Source: Phoronis australis (Eukaryota > Animalia > Phoronida). Taken from it: DNA of 64,000 bases. A program made the position numbers and the translations under genes. A model generated the notes under the pieces. That model saw only the letters and a program-made list of their open reading frames with translations, had not been told where the DNA came from and did not search any database. Numbering within the stretch: position 1 is the first letter of the stretch; each line of letters begins with the position of its first letter. The stretch spans positions 316,919-380,918 of the forward strand of contig NMRA01000408.1 in assembly GCA_002633005.1 (NCBI GenBank), given 5' to 3'. This document shows positions 12,301 to 25,124 of this stretch, piece by piece.

Positions 12301-15300
12301 GCATCGCCCTCTTGGTAGCTCTTCTCATACTCTAGAGAAAGGGAACGCGAGACTTTGTAGGACTGAAGGCATGGCGGGTACAAAGGAGAGTGGCGATTGT
12401 CCTTGGTCACCCTACATCTATGACGCCTAAATTCATGCACCATGAATAATCCTTACTGGGACGATTAACCAATAAAAAAGTGCCCAACCTTATGCAAGCT
12501 TGGTCAACACTATTCAAGCTTTTTGGGCCTACACTAAGCTTGCATAACCTTGATGGCAAAGTTGCAGTTGTCTTTATGTTAGTGCACTTAATTCAATTGC
12601 GCAGCACGAGCTATGTCATTATCCAGGAGCAGGTCGTGAAATTTGATAATTCTGATCACCAGGTTGGGAGAACACAAGCTTTGCTAAAGTGATAGAATTT
12701 GCTACTAAAAATTGTCAGCTTGAATTGTGTTACTGACCAGCAATCTTATTAAAGCATGCACAGCAAAACAAGAGGCAAGGTATTCCAAGGCTGGACTTTT
12801 ATGTTGGAAAAGGTTACTGGCCCAACCAGATTATACACAATTTCTTGACAAGCCTGATTTACTTTATTCATTAAACAGTCTTTTAAGATAATCGAGCAAT
12901 AAGTAGTAAGGGAGAAAATGAATTCAAGTGTGGAGAAAAAGATCAACTTAGAGCTGTTCCAGCAAAATCTGTATGGGAGGGGGGGAAGGCNCAAGCCTGG
13001 AAAAAAAGATCAACTTTAATCTTTAATACATGTTTAACTACCTAGGATGCAATGAAGAGAGCCGAACAACATTAATTGCTGGGTAAGATACGCCACGCTT
13101 AAGATCCTCAGTGAACACAAATCTCACTGAGACTTTTTGGGTGAGGCTATAACCTACATGAGGGGTGTACCCTATTTAGAAAGTCAAAGTCTTATTAGGA
13201 AATTATGAATCAGGTTTAAGAAATCTAAATACATGAGTTATGTGTGAAAGGGTTTTTTGAAATATCAAGTAGACACCCGGACAGCAGTAGCACGACAACA
13301 ATATGCTACTACTGGGCCCCTAAAAAGGTCACTCGTGCGTAGTATCTGAAACCCGTCAGAGCTGTGTGACACGTGTCACAATATGAAGGTAGCTCTGTTA
13401 TCGCTAAAACTGTTGACCAAACGTGCCCTAAACGTGCATCTGTCAGAATATAGGCACAGTTTTTGTATTGGGTTGTTTTAATCTGTTTTAAGTTACCTGT
13501 GATGACCTAAATTGACCGTGAACACACCTCTAGGCCTACACAACATTTCGGAGAACTTTTTACTGTCAAAGTAAGAAACACAGAACATTTATGACAGAAA
13601 ACTATATTTTATTTTCTGTAATTTCTAATACCTGGTAAGTTGGTAACCCGCTACAATTAGACTCTATGAAGCCCATATTAACAGGCCTCCACTGTACATT
13701 CACATCCAGCCAAGACGCACTATTTATGTAATCTTCAAAGTACGAGCTAACTTACGGTCAAGGAAGGCCCTGATGTTATCCGTGTAGAGCTTGTAGCTGC
13801 TGGGCTTTCCCTGTTCAAAGTGGATAAGTGTGCTGATGTAGTCTGGCATTGGTCGGAATCCCATACCTGGAAAACAGATGCAAAAGACAATAATAAACGG
13901 TGCAACTGTATATCCCGTAAGACATAACAATGCAGGGTTGACCAGGAGGTGAGGTTTTCAATGGTGCTCAAGTTCAACCATAGATGAAACAATAAAACAA
14001 CCCCAGTAGCAATCTCTTGAATTATCAAAGAAACTACCAGTTTTAGAGAACAACTAATTTTGACAACAAAGGAAACAGAATCTTGTCTTGAAAGGGAACT
14101 TAGTCAATACAAGCTACTAAATTGTTCCAGTAACGAGGCTCAACATTTAGGAAATCAACTCGCCAAATGAGACCTCAGAGTTTACCAAGCAGGAACTGAG
14201 GTCCATTGAACAGGAGAGTTGCAAAAGCCCAGGCCCCTACAAATGACGCATGGTCAAGGCAAGCGCCGAAAATGACATAAATGAGATACACCAGATGACA
14301 AACCAACAAGCTTGGCAAATGTTTGCCAAACTCTGCAAATCGCCGCACTCGCCAAATGGCCACCGGTGCACTCGAGATCCCATTTTTACAGTTGGTGCCT
14401 GGTGCCCAACATGGACACCGAAGCACGAACTAGGTTTCACACGAGCAAGGGAACAGACCTGGGTTCAGCTTCAGCATGCTGGCACCATCCTGCAGCTTGG
14501 GATAGTTGGAGTCCATGGTGAGGAAGAAGATCTGTAATAATGCGATCCACCAGGCAGCCAGGCAAGCATATAGTACCAAGTAGAACAGACCAATCTTACC
14601 TGTAATCAAACCAACCATGCATTAGCTAGGCATATTTAGTTCAGAGTGAAAGTGTTAGTGTCAAAAGTGTACAGAGGATAATCCAGAGATATCAAGTTCT
14701 TACATGCTGGTACGGCGTTACTGTTCTTCACGACCGCCATTGAAAGGTTTTAGAGCACAAGTTCAGTTGTCGACATGAAAGGTGAATCAGCGCTCTCTAA
14801 CCGACATGTGCATACGAGTAGCTAAGTTTGCAATGTGAAAAGAGAGAAAATGGTACTTGAAAAAGTAACCGTGATTTTACTAGGTCTGACCTCCTATATG
14901 ATTGTCATCAAAGTCATTGAAGTTGAGTGCAAACTCAATAACTTTTTGTTTGCAGCCCAAATTTAGCAACCGAACTCCACGTTTGAAAAATATCCTGTCA
15001 AAAGAAATCCGTGAAACGTTGCCCTAGCCGAATGATGCATTCGGATGCATGGGAACAATTCCATGCAAATTTCTCAGCAAAAATGTAGGACTTACGCTAT
15101 TTACGCACACAATTAGTTTTCCATGAAATGAAAAGCCTCGAAATAATTATTGACTCCGTATGGGTTTCCATCTGCTAATTCAAGTTTGCTTCTCAATACC
15201 TTCCATGTACGGGAAAAAATAGGTCAGTCAAAAAAACATGCATGTCACTAGTGTTAACTTTTTTCAAAGGTATAAAACAAAGCCGAAGGTTTGGTGTTTA

Positions 15301-18083
15301 CATATTGAGAAACGACTTTTTTGAAAACTGAATTTGCATAAAATGAGAGCGGCTCTATATAGGCTACGTGTCAATTTCAAACCAGGCGAGGTCATTTATA
15401 GTGAACTATGACGGGTGCTAGCCTGAACTGGGGGCGCTTAATTGAAAATTTTAAAAAGTTGAGGGGGGACGCTTAGTAGAGCAGCGAGCGCTTATTATGA
15501 AACATTACAAAAGGTAGGGAGTAGGCTCATGCGCGAGCATAGTCATTAACCCGAGTGCTTGGGGTAATAAGACATTGAAAAATTGCAGTAAGAAAACGTT
15601 ATAACAAGATGTTGCAAGGCAAACGCTATCTAGTAAGGTTGACTTTCTGGTTATCGTCACCACATATATTGTACCATGTAAGCCACTCAGAAAGTCTTGT
15701 TTTTAATTGCCCGCTTCAGCTGGAACAAGATTCTTTCTATTGGTGTCTGAAAAATATATGGCTTAGTCCAGAGAGCGAAAAAATGGCAGCAACGTAAAAC
15801 GAGAATGAAAAGTTCGCTAACCACAATTTTGCATCTACCCGTTTAGTTGCAAGAGCTGGCTACGGGAATAGAACATCGAGCCTAGGGAACATCGACCCAG
15901 GGAAACATCGGAACAGGAAAATATCAGTTCTTGGCTACATCGGTTCGGGTAATATCGTAAAGCTTCAGGTCTTTTATAACAACCGGGAATCTTGTCATTG
16001 TTAAATGAGCCGAGACGTCATACTCTTTCATTTAGGACCGCCGCTGTTCTTTTGATATGTAGCTTTGGAGTGGTGTGCACGCGCAAGTTAACGCACTTGA
16101 ATCTCTAGAGTAGGCTTACACTTTACGTTGTCAACAATATGTGACAGACGACTCATAGGTCGCACATAGCCCAAGAAACAGGTAAAGGGTTTGAGCATGT
16201 CTTAGTGACTCAAGAACTACTTTACTGAAAGTAAAGACATGGCCATCGTTTGGCGATTAATAGGACTGCCATTTTTCCCGTTAACTGTCTTTTGCGACAA
16301 AACATGAGCCTCACATTTCCGAGTCACGATCGTCTGTTGGTACTGCTTATAGCACGCTAACAACGGGACCAACCAGTGCCGCAGTGCGATATCAGGGATA
16401 TTTGATAAGGATATCTTACATGAAAAATAGATGTTTTTCCATCACAAAGTGGTTTGTTTAAGAATTAGTAGAAACACCGCAGTTTTGTGACGTTTCATCA
16501 TGTGTTTGCTGTGATCCAAAACTTTGTTTGGCACATCTAGAAATTTTCAGAAGTAGCTGAAAATATTAGCCAGTGAAACGCGTCAAAGATCAATTCTGCA
16601 TTATCTCATGGCTCAGACAATGAAATGAGCGGAGGACCTTTCAAAATACTGGATTTTGTATAGACTTTCATTTTGAAGTTATTGAATAAACTAATTGTCA
16701 ATGACATTTTCTATTTCCACTTCACTGTACTATGCTATTAGATTGGTGGATACACCACTACAAGGCGCCGCAGCCGCAGTGACACTGGCAGGAACAAAGC
16801 TTGTTTGGTCAATTTTCAAAAAAATTTGGACTCCCAGCTTAGGAATCCTGCACAAACCCTGGGCTTTCGGGTTTATTGTGTTGTATGCCTGAACTAAAGA
16901 GAAATGTTTACGGATTTGTCTTCACAAAATACATTTCATCTTGAATTCGTACATTATTGTTTGTCTTGATGCTATAGGAAATAAGGACGGATGACGAGCT
17001 TAAACGGAGATTTTCAGTGATTTTATCACACAGCCTTTCCATTGTTGTACTTCAAAACAGACAACATGAATCTCGAACACTCTGAATGTACACGCCCGAC
17101 TACTGTGCCCAATTCCACTGCATTGCTTTTACGAATGAGTGGGCGGATATTATGTTGTGAAGCGTGACTTCCGGTTGTCACGACACGCAGTCAGATAAAG
17201 CCTCTCTAAGCCGCTTGCCAAGTGGCAATTGCCTTTTGGCCGAATGGTTTAGATGCTTGACTGTCGCTCGTGCAACCCGGGTTCAAGTCCCGGTCATCAC
17301 CAAATTTTCTACAATTATCAGGATCCCAAAGATTTATCAAGGGCTGAGATCCCACATTAATTTCTCAACGTCATTTTTAGAAATAGATGGGATTTGACAA
17401 GTAAGATACTGTATGTCAGAATCTCATGGAGGGCATTGAGTATAAAACTCGTCAGTGGTGAAGGTTAACTAGGGCTAAAAGGCAGCTTGAACTCGTTTAG
17501 TGTAATGGTGAGGAACTGAGCTTGCTCCTGAGCCTCAGTGACAATTTCCCATGATCTTTGGTTAGACAGTTTACCACAATGTGGTGTATGCAGCAACATG
17601 GTGTGCAATATTTAAGTTCTCTGAGGATTTATAACAAATTTTTATGTGATTGATTTCTTAAACTTCACGGTTTGTCTTGTAACTAGGTCAGAAAACTCCT
17701 CAAAAATTTATTCAAAGATTCGAATGTCAACCAGCAGATCTACAACTTTCATACTTCGATGCAAAGACAAATGAAGAACGTCAATTGATGACTGTGAGAT
17801 AAGTTTGCTTATTCCTTCAAACTTCTTTCCATGTTTAGTAAATTATCTGCGAAATAACTCCGAACAGTGCAGCGGCTCGGGACACTGGCTGTAAACTGCT
17901 GCACCACTTTGGAACTAATCAATGTGAAATTCAAAGAGAAAGACACAAACCCCAACTTGAAGCATTGCGTCCTAAAACTTCTTTTCTAGCCGGATTGTAT
18001 AGAAATGTTCTTAGGCCTTCTAGTTTTGCCGCTGCTCCCGTTTTTTTCTGAGGCTGCTTGAAGTCGACTTCGTTGGACGCCAT
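9332..18083 (-). CDS. ATP1B: Sodium/potassium-transporting ATPase subunit beta (nervana/ATP1B family), 6 coding exons, 310 aa
   Basis: Exons (minus): 18083-17951, 14599-14459, 13866-13756, 12331-12153, 11555-11430, 9574-9332. All GT-AG, phases 1,1,1,0,0 consistent, 933 nt total. Motifs: FLYNP..KEVLGRNASSWGKIGLFYLVLYACLAAWW (TM segment), NPGMGFRP, YGYDEGKPCVLLKLNKVYNWVP, YFPFLNQEGYRSPLVFVQF, VWCRAW, GSVRFEIMVD*. Six ectodomain Cys as in the family. Confidence 0.96.
10583..11023 (+). mobile_element. tRNA-headed SINE-like element with inverted duplication of its 3' part and a hammerhead-like core
   Basis: A box TGGTGTAGTGG (10783-10793), B box GGTTCAAATCC (10837-10847). 10583-10769 is an imperfect inverted copy of 10838-11023. 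YTGACGA...GAAAC occurs in both arms. Confidence 0.7.
17231..17302 (+). pseudogene. tRNA-like pseudogene or SINE head (GTC in anticodon position, Asp-like) in intron 1 of the ATP1B-like gene
   Basis: A-box-like TGGCCGAATGG and T-arm CCGGGTTCAAGTCCCGG. Acceptor and anticodon stems pair poorly, so probably not a functional tRNA. Confidence 0.5.
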
Positions 18084-18391
18084 TTTTAAGTCGAGAAGGA
18101 CAAAACACCCGGATGTTAAGGGACTGTTAAAAACTGTACTTCAAATACGCAATTAGTCTCAAATTTAAATGCCTTGGTTATCAGAATAAATCACAATAAA
18201 ACTATTTATTCTACTAAAAACACAAAATAATTTTTAAAATGCGTAAAATTTAACCAATGTTGAAACTGTACAAAATATAGAAACATTTTGATTGTTTACA
18301 AATTCATAATTTGTAGCCACTGAAGAAGCACGTTGCGAAAGAACTCGGGATTCGTCTTTGGTCACTGCTTGTTATTGATTGCTGCTCAGAA
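18084..18391. promoter_or_regulatory. Compact bidirectional promoter/5'UTR region between ATP1B-like and WDR4-like genes
   Basis: Only 308 bp between divergent ATGs; AT-rich core; ETS-like CCGGATGT at 18109-18116. Confidence 0.6.
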
Positions 18392-19597
18392 ATGACCAGT
18401 ATCCAATTTAAAAACGATCAGATGGTATTTGTAAACCACTGTACCATCTACGTATGCAATATGAAGTCAAACAAGGTCCAAATCTTGGAAAACAAATCGA
18501 TAATGCCATCCGTAGCCCAAGCCACCCAAAAGACTCAAGAAGCCGGTTCTTTAAAAATTCTGACATCGAGATTCTCTCGGTCGGGCCGCTATTTTGCTTT
18601 CTGTGATGATTACAAACAGTTAGTTTTGTATAAAACTGGTCAGACATGGGAATACGTTAACACATGGATTGTTGTGAAAAGATGTCTCGCTGTAGCCTAC
18701 ACAGCAGATGAAGATGAAATTCTAGTGGCGGATAAGTGTGGTGATGTTTACAGTTTTAGCATCAAATGTGTAAATGCTGGTTCAGAGGCACACTCAACTT
18801 TTGAAAAGACCGCAACCAAAACACCTTTGATGGGTCACTTATCAAGTGTGCTGGACATGGTGTTCACAAAATCCCCAAATTATCTGATTACGTGTGATCG
18901 CAATGAGAAAATAAGAATTGGGAGATACCCCAACCTTTATAACATACATGAATTTTGCCTTGGCCATTTAGAGTATGTTGTGAGACTTCTTTATTTGGAA
19001 TCCAGCAATGTCCTACTATCAACTGGAGGTGACAACACGCTACGTTGCTGGAAGGTTGAAACTGGGGAAGGCCTTGCCTGCCATCCGTTAACGAAGGGTG
19101 ATCAACCTCTGCAGGAGAAAACAGTGGATTGTCTTGATGTTGTCAGGTCAACCATAGCTTACTGCTGTTTGAATGACATCATTGCTGTGTCACGAAGGGA
19201 TTCCAAAAGTGTTGATATTCTTCAACTGGTTATAGGTGAATCGGCACAGTTCAAGCCCATTCAAGTGATTCAAATGTCACATGATGTTGTAGATATTACA
19301 TTCGATGACAATGGAAAAATTTGGGTGTTGAGGCAAGCCCCTGATGAACCATTTGTTGTGTATTCTTTACAGAAAGATGATTTACTGTATACTGTTGACA
19401 AGTCCCATACACACAATGTAGAATTTGTAAAGTTCGTGAAGACAAGTTTGAAAGAATACCCCACTGATGTGTTTGACTCTAACTTCAATCCTGCTAAAAG
19501 ATGGGAGTCTTCTAATAATGAATCCGGCGGAAGAACAGAGTTGAAACGGAAGTGCGAGGATGAAACAAATGAACAAACTGCAAAAATAGCAAAGTGA
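18392..19597 (+). CDS. WDR4: tRNA (guanine-N7)-methyltransferase non-catalytic subunit WDR4/Trm82-like WD40 protein, single coding exon, 401 aa
   Basis: Uninterrupted 401-aa ORF with WDR4 motifs: FSRSGRYFAFCDDYKQL, ILVADKCGDVYSF, LMGHLSSVLD, LITCDRNEKIRI, YPNLYNIHEFCLGHLEYV, LLSTGGDNTLRCW. Basic C-terminus (KRK..KIAK). Confidence 0.93.
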   Translation: MTSIQFKNDQMVFVNHCTIYVCNMKSNKVQILENKSIMPSVAQATQKTQEAGSLKILTSRFSRSGRYFAFCDDYKQLVLYKTGQTWEYVNTWIVVKRCLAVAYTADEDEILVADKCGDVYSFSIKCVNAGSEAHSTFEKTATKTPLMGHLSSVLDMVFTKSPNYLITCDRNEKIRIGRYPNLYNIHEFCLGHLEYVVRLLYLESSNVLLSTGGDNTLRCWKVETGEGLACHPLTKGDQPLQEKTVDCLDVVRSTIAYCCLNDIIAVSRRDSKSVDILQLVIGESAQFKPIQVIQMSHDVVDITFDDNGKIWVLRQAPDEPFVVYSLQKDDLLYTVDKSHTHNVEFVKFVKTSLKEYPTDVFDSNFNPAKRWESSNNESGGRTELKRKCEDETNEQTAKIAK

Positions 19598-20021
19598 ATA
19601 ATTAGAATATGACTGACCTTATAAAATTGGCCATCAAGAGTTTGAAGGGACAATGTTTTCTTCTACCAGCATTATGAAAAAATTAGGAAATTCTCATCCT
19701 GAAAGATACTGAAAATCTCATTGTATTCCAGTGATATTCCAGTGAGAATCTAACTAATTTACATAGCATTCCCACTCAGTGAGAATTCTTACCGAAAATC
19801 TCACTGTCACTAAGTGATAATTCTCACTGGGTGGCATTTTGAATATTTTCCCCAGTACATGCATTTTAGCCTTTGAAATTAGATGATAGTTCAAAGTTTT
19901 ATTGGTAACCAAGTTGCTACTCATTCTTGTGAGTTTATCTTGAAATTTGACTAAAGGTACAATTTAATTGCAGTGATTAACATGGTGAAATACAGCAAAC
20001 TTAAACTAACAATTTAAACAG

Positions 20022-20254
20022 CATGCGCGCATCCAGGGGGCTCAAATGAGCCCCCCAATTGGCGAAGTGGGCAAAAAGGTCCGCCCCAAGAGACAAAAAG
20101 TCTGAGAAAATGGGAAAAAGTCCACTAAATAAGCGCAAAGTCGCAATTCACAGAGGTGCTCCCATTTTTTTTAGTCCGCCTGCTCTTTTGTTAGCAAATG
20201 GTCCACAATGTCAGAAATTGGAGCCCCCCATATCGAAGGCTGGGTGCGCGCATG
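20022..20254 (+). mobile_element. MITE family A, copy 2
   Basis: CATGCGCGCATCCAG ... CTGGGTGCGCGCATG; perfect 5-bp TSD AACAG. Confidence 0.85.
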
Positions 20255-20546
20255 AACAGCAAATAAAAACTCAACTGCAACACAAAGTGATGCTTCATTC
20301 ACTCTATTAAATGTATGGAATGTACTAATCCTTCAGTTTGTTAATGCGCAACTTAGTCCTGCATCCCCTCTGGTTGAATTACATAGACAAACTGTTCAGT
20401 AATTTCACAATATTTATGAGAAAAACATCAGCAATCTAATTCTCTACTTCATATCAACTGTTCATTCCTGGGGCCATTTTAGTTTGAATTCAGAAAATCT
20501 TGTCCAACTGAAATTTCAGCAGGAACAGCCAATAAATGTGCTTATT

Positions 20547-20702
20547 CAGTGGCAGATTTAGAGGCGGTCCAAGGGGGCCATGGCGCCCCTAAAATTCTCC
20601 CAGATTACATTTGGGAGTTCGAGGGTGCGAATGTCTGACTGGAAAAATCCTGGCTGATACCCTGTCCTGGCCCCCCAACTCAAAATCCGGGATCCGCCCC
20701 TG
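20547..20702 (+). mobile_element. MITE family B (CAGTGGCRGAT...ATCCGCCCCTG)
   Basis: TIRs; flanks TTATT/TTGTT. Homologous copies at about 46327-46465 (+) and a partial one at about 42055-42150 (-). Confidence 0.75.
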
Positions 20703-21889
20703 TTGTTTATCCTAAAATCTCACTGAATTCTCACTCTAATTTTTGCAAGTTCGAATTCTCGCTCTAATTGTCAGTGGATTCTCACTGTCAATTTGTCTAA
20801 GTCTAAAGTTCTCACTAAATTCCCACTACTTTTCTCACCACCCACTGGCTCCTTCAAATTTTCACTGGATTCGTATACTTGCATTTCTCACTCAAATGGT
20901 TCTCTTAGTCAGAATATCGCTTGATCCTCGTTGGAATCCAGTCAATTTGTTCCCCCTTCGGGACTTGCTCGACATTGCAACGGACATTATTTTGTCTTTC
21001 CCCGAGGTGCTCAGTTTTAATCGAGGCGAGAACACTACACCTGCCAGCAAAATGGTATCTAGCGATCACTCAGTCAAATTGCCGGGAAATGATTTCTGGA
21101 CTTCATGAGAGAAGAAAAGATGACATTTATTTTCGAGACCATGTTTTAAGAGTTGGGTCGCCAGGGGGCATCATTGTATGAGTAGAGCATAGTCCCAACT
21201 AATTAGCTGTCTCATCTTGGCATATTCAAATCACTTCTGGTCAAAATCAAATGATCTGTTCTTGGACGGAACGCAGGTTCATAGCCGTTTTAAAAGAAAG
21301 CATTGTAGGCTTGGAATAATTAGCAACTAATCGAGAGACCCTTCCAATCGAGAGTTTTGATAGCGGTATAAAACATTGTCTATAGAGTGCTTCTCCGCCA
21401 GGATTACAAGTACCTTGAATGGGACTGGCTGGTCTGAAACATTAACGTGTACTACCTGCCAGGTGTTCACAAGGTAGAAGTCAGTTGAAATCTGAGTAAG
21501 GAACTACTTAATGAGTGAGTTCAATCAATTTATTTCACTGCTTAGGCCTCTAGTCCAGATATACTTGTATGGAAGTAGCGGCTAGTACTACAAACGTGGT
21601 TGGTAAATACAGACAATTAAACTATGCACAATAAAAACTTGGTGAATAAAACTAGCAAAGTTCCAAACGTTGCAAGACTTCATCAAATAAATGAAGGAAT
21701 CACAATAGAATTTACTAATATTGCGACAAATACCAAACTTTTCCCTAAGATCTTCATGGTACTGGTCACTCTAATAAAACGTGATTTTTTCATCCTCAAC
21801 AGTGTCAAAGCCAACGGATCAGAAACGCTGATCTCTAGCTATACCCAAGTTTCTTACAGTTTCGATTTTTAGTTTATGATTTGAACATC

Positions 21890-22420
21890 TAAAACGTGGA
21901 AGACCTTTTGTCTAGACATCTTACATATTCTTCTAAGAGGCAATATTCCGTCCAGCCATTGCTGTTCGTCTATGTCTTTACACCTTTGTTTTAATTCGTG
22001 TACAAAAAAAATCTTCGCTTGACTGACCCAAACAATACTAGACCCATGCAGTCCTAAAAAGTAGGGTTTTTACGCGGAGACCCCAGCTTTCACGATTTCG
22101 TTCTGCAAAGTCATGCTGGACCTTAGAACATGAGAAGGTATATCTATTATGAGGCAATTTCAACATTTTCAACCAATATTTAATAATCCTAGTAAACCTC
22201 CTTGACACCATTGTAGACCTGCCCAGCTCACCCCTGACTGCTGAATTAGGGGCACCTCGCCCAAAACCTAACACTAATTTACAAAACTTATTTTGAAGAA
22301 TATCGACAATTGGGCCGTTATGAAAACCCCTCACTTCCGAACCATACTAATAACAATAGGGTATATTTTAATATCGAACAATTGTAAACAAATATTTACA
22401 GGAACACTTTTGAATTGTGA
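21890..22420 (-). mobile_element. Non-LTR retrotransposon (LINE) ORF2 C-terminal fragment
   Basis: LQNKFCKLVLGFGRGAPNSAVRGELGR...RIIKYWLKMLKLPHNRY matches the post-RT region of LINE ORF2 proteins. Flanks are frameshifted. Confidence 0.8.
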
Positions 22421-23564
22421 CAAATACCTTTTCAACAAAAACGAGGCCTGTTGAACACTGCGCGGGTCCCACAAGACTTACTGAGAAAGTACAGCCTACC
22501 CGCAATACCTGGAGTGGTACTGTACACTGTTACCTTCATGTCAATATGGTGCCACCTCGGGTTCATTCCTTGTATTGTGGGGCTGTATTTAAAGCGGACT
22601 AGCGACCAAACCTCAGCGCCCGCTACAACGACTCTTACAAGGGCCAAACAAATCTTCAGAAACGAGTTGTTCGTTTTTTAATAAACGCATTACAAGTACA
22701 CTGTATGTTTATTGGGCAAGACAACTTTATTATGCACCAGTCAGATTCATGTTTCAACCGTGTGGAGTATAATAGCATGGGAAGGCATGACAGATGAGGT
22801 GAAAACTTTGCACGCCGATTCACCTGAATACCAGTGTTGCGGTAGGCCTACAGCAAATCACAAGGAAATAAATTATACTTTTTTGGTGAACCTCAACCCC
22901 TCAATTCGTCGAGGTGGTTTACTTNNNNNNNNNNNNNNNNNNNNNNNNNNNNNNNNNNNNNNNNNNNNNNNNNNNNNNNNNNNNNNNNNGGTGTCTGCTG
23001 AAAACGCCATGTCGGCTGCGTTTTTTCTTTTTTGCCGGAGTGGGTGGGTGGGTGTGTGGGTGGGTGGGTGTCTTGGCCCCTTCCTGAATTTGCCTTTTTT
23101 GGATAGAGGTCAGTTTATGCAGACTTGTCAAGTGTCCAAATCATCACAAATCCAGAAACCACTTGTCAATGTGTAAGAATTATTTTATGTCCTGTTCAGT
23201 TTCATTGCGGTGTCTGTATTTTCTTGAAAAAAAATGCCAATAGGGCAGGTTTAACAGCAAGATATAATGATAGGTGAACTAAACTATTTACAGCATTGTG
23301 TAAACCTAGCTTCAAACGACAGTGCTTATAACATTTTGGTTTAATCATACCTACCCCCACCTGTTCTGTGTTTTGCACACCGTCAATCCAGCTCCTGGAA
23401 GGTACGGCAATAAAGCTTAAAAAATTTTGAGACGGGTTTTCAGAAAACACTAAGAAATACAATAGGCTACTGAGTTTTTGCAGCCTGTTTGCGCGGCGAT
23501 ATAGGCAATGTCTGCTCGTGAACTCTTTTGTTGTGATCACATCATAATGATTTGGCGGACTTAA

Positions 23565-24536
23565 ACAGTACACACCATGGATTTTTGCACATTTTGAATT
23601 ACCGGTGGCCACAGACCAAATGCATGACGTAAAATTTAGCTAAACTCATGTTTATTTTGTGTAATTAGCTCGAAATTTCAATTTTTCTTTCAATTTTGCC
23701 AATTTTCACATTTCCCGCCACGTGACGTCATGGGTTGAACACAAGAGATCAGTGACTAGCATTGAACAATGGCAGAGAGCAGTGAATTTGAAAGCGACGA
23801 CGATTATGAGCAAGAAATGAATGAATACTATGAAGAAACGTACGGGAATGGTGGCCAGGATGATGAAATGGGGTTGCACGAAAGCGAGAACAAGTTTGAT
23901 GTGCTTCCGGCTGCGTACATGTACTTCAAGTTCTACTTTGAGCCTTACGAACTGGATCCTCCCGCGAGAGAAGCGGCCTCGGGCTCGGCGAGTCAACGCA
24001 GTCACCCAACAGACGATCCTGAATTAAGAGCCGATGTTTCTGAATGATAAATATTGTCCTTTATTGAACCAGGCCTTCATCGTAACATCTCCTTTGACTG
24101 CAGTCGAAACACGAGTCCTCAAAGTGGGCAAAACGCAGAGTGGCCCCGGACCGAATCGCTTGGTCCACGATGAGGTCCCACACTCTCGTTCGGCGCACGA
24201 AGCGATGCCACTTCTGCGCAACTTTGGTGTCCTTCGGAACACCGAGACGTTCTCCGCCTGGCTGCTGTTGCTGCAGCCTCCGGCAACACATCTTTTGATC
24301 CCTCTACGAACCTTCTCGACGCTAAATGTACTTTGCTTTCACTTCGCTCTATACACTTTGTCTCTGATCCGAACAGTATGGCGAACGACTTGGGTTCAAC
24401 CCATGAAGTTGTACATATTTATTATTTTTTCAATTTTTGCGTGTTTCTTTATGAGCTGTGCACTATAGGCACTGAAATCAAGTAAGATATAATAATAAAA
24501 TTTATTTTGAGGTACTAGAGTCATGTTGTGTACACT
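23565..24536. mobile_element. Internally deleted Kolobok-type DNA transposon (TTAA TSD, about 15-bp TIRs, convergent accessory-ORF and THAP relics)
   Basis: TTAA|ACAGTACACACCATG ... CATGTTGTGTACACT|TTAA. Plus strand 23769-24047: acidic ORF ending FEPYELDPP..ELRADVSE*. Minus strand 24300-24061: frameshifted THAP (KRCVAGGCSN..PKD..QKW.RFVRRTR..AHFEDSCF). Confidence 0.75.
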
Positions 24537-25124
24537 TTAAACAACTTTGTTGCAGAAATACATTGATATGTCACAGTTGTGACAGATTGCAAACGAAATC
24601 AATATCGCGCACGATGTGTTCTATCGCCAGAAAGGGAACACGCATAATTTTAATTCAGACCATACCGTATTCGACCATTTTAGCGCTCATCTTCCCTGGA
24701 GAGTGAAAGATAAGACCACACCGGATTCAGCCTATCTGAGAGAGAGCGTGTTTCTAGCAAGGGAAACTTGTCAACTAGAGACAACGTAAAGTGCAGATGG
24801 ACTCTTCATAAACGTACACAATCATTACTGTTTTGAGGAAAAAGCACTCGTGCCCTCGTAAAACAAAATTGTGCTAAAAATGAAAACATGCAACTACCCA
24901 GTAATTAGTGTCTGGACCCGGCTCTTTCAATTTCCCAACCACGGCTGATTCTTTGATAGGTATTTTAATATTCAGCAAATAGTTCGTTGTTTTGTTACAG
25001 GACTCGTGTAAGTGGTCGATTTTCGTTGTCTTAAGCAAGCTAAGCAGCTAAACGGGACAGAGTGGCAACTCCGCTTAGTAAATGCAGTGGATTGTTTGTC
25101 AAAACACCTTAAACCATCTTGATT

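Noticed and set aside
14594-14602. CAG|GTAAGA at the start of ATP1B-like exon 2, resembling a recursive splice site
   Set aside because: Explained by a phase-1 intron in a Gly codon followed by Lys-Ile; the intron is only ~3.3 kb.
19270-19653. 127-aa minus-strand ORF overlapping the WDR4-like 3' end
   Set aside because: Antisense shadow with no recognisable motifs.
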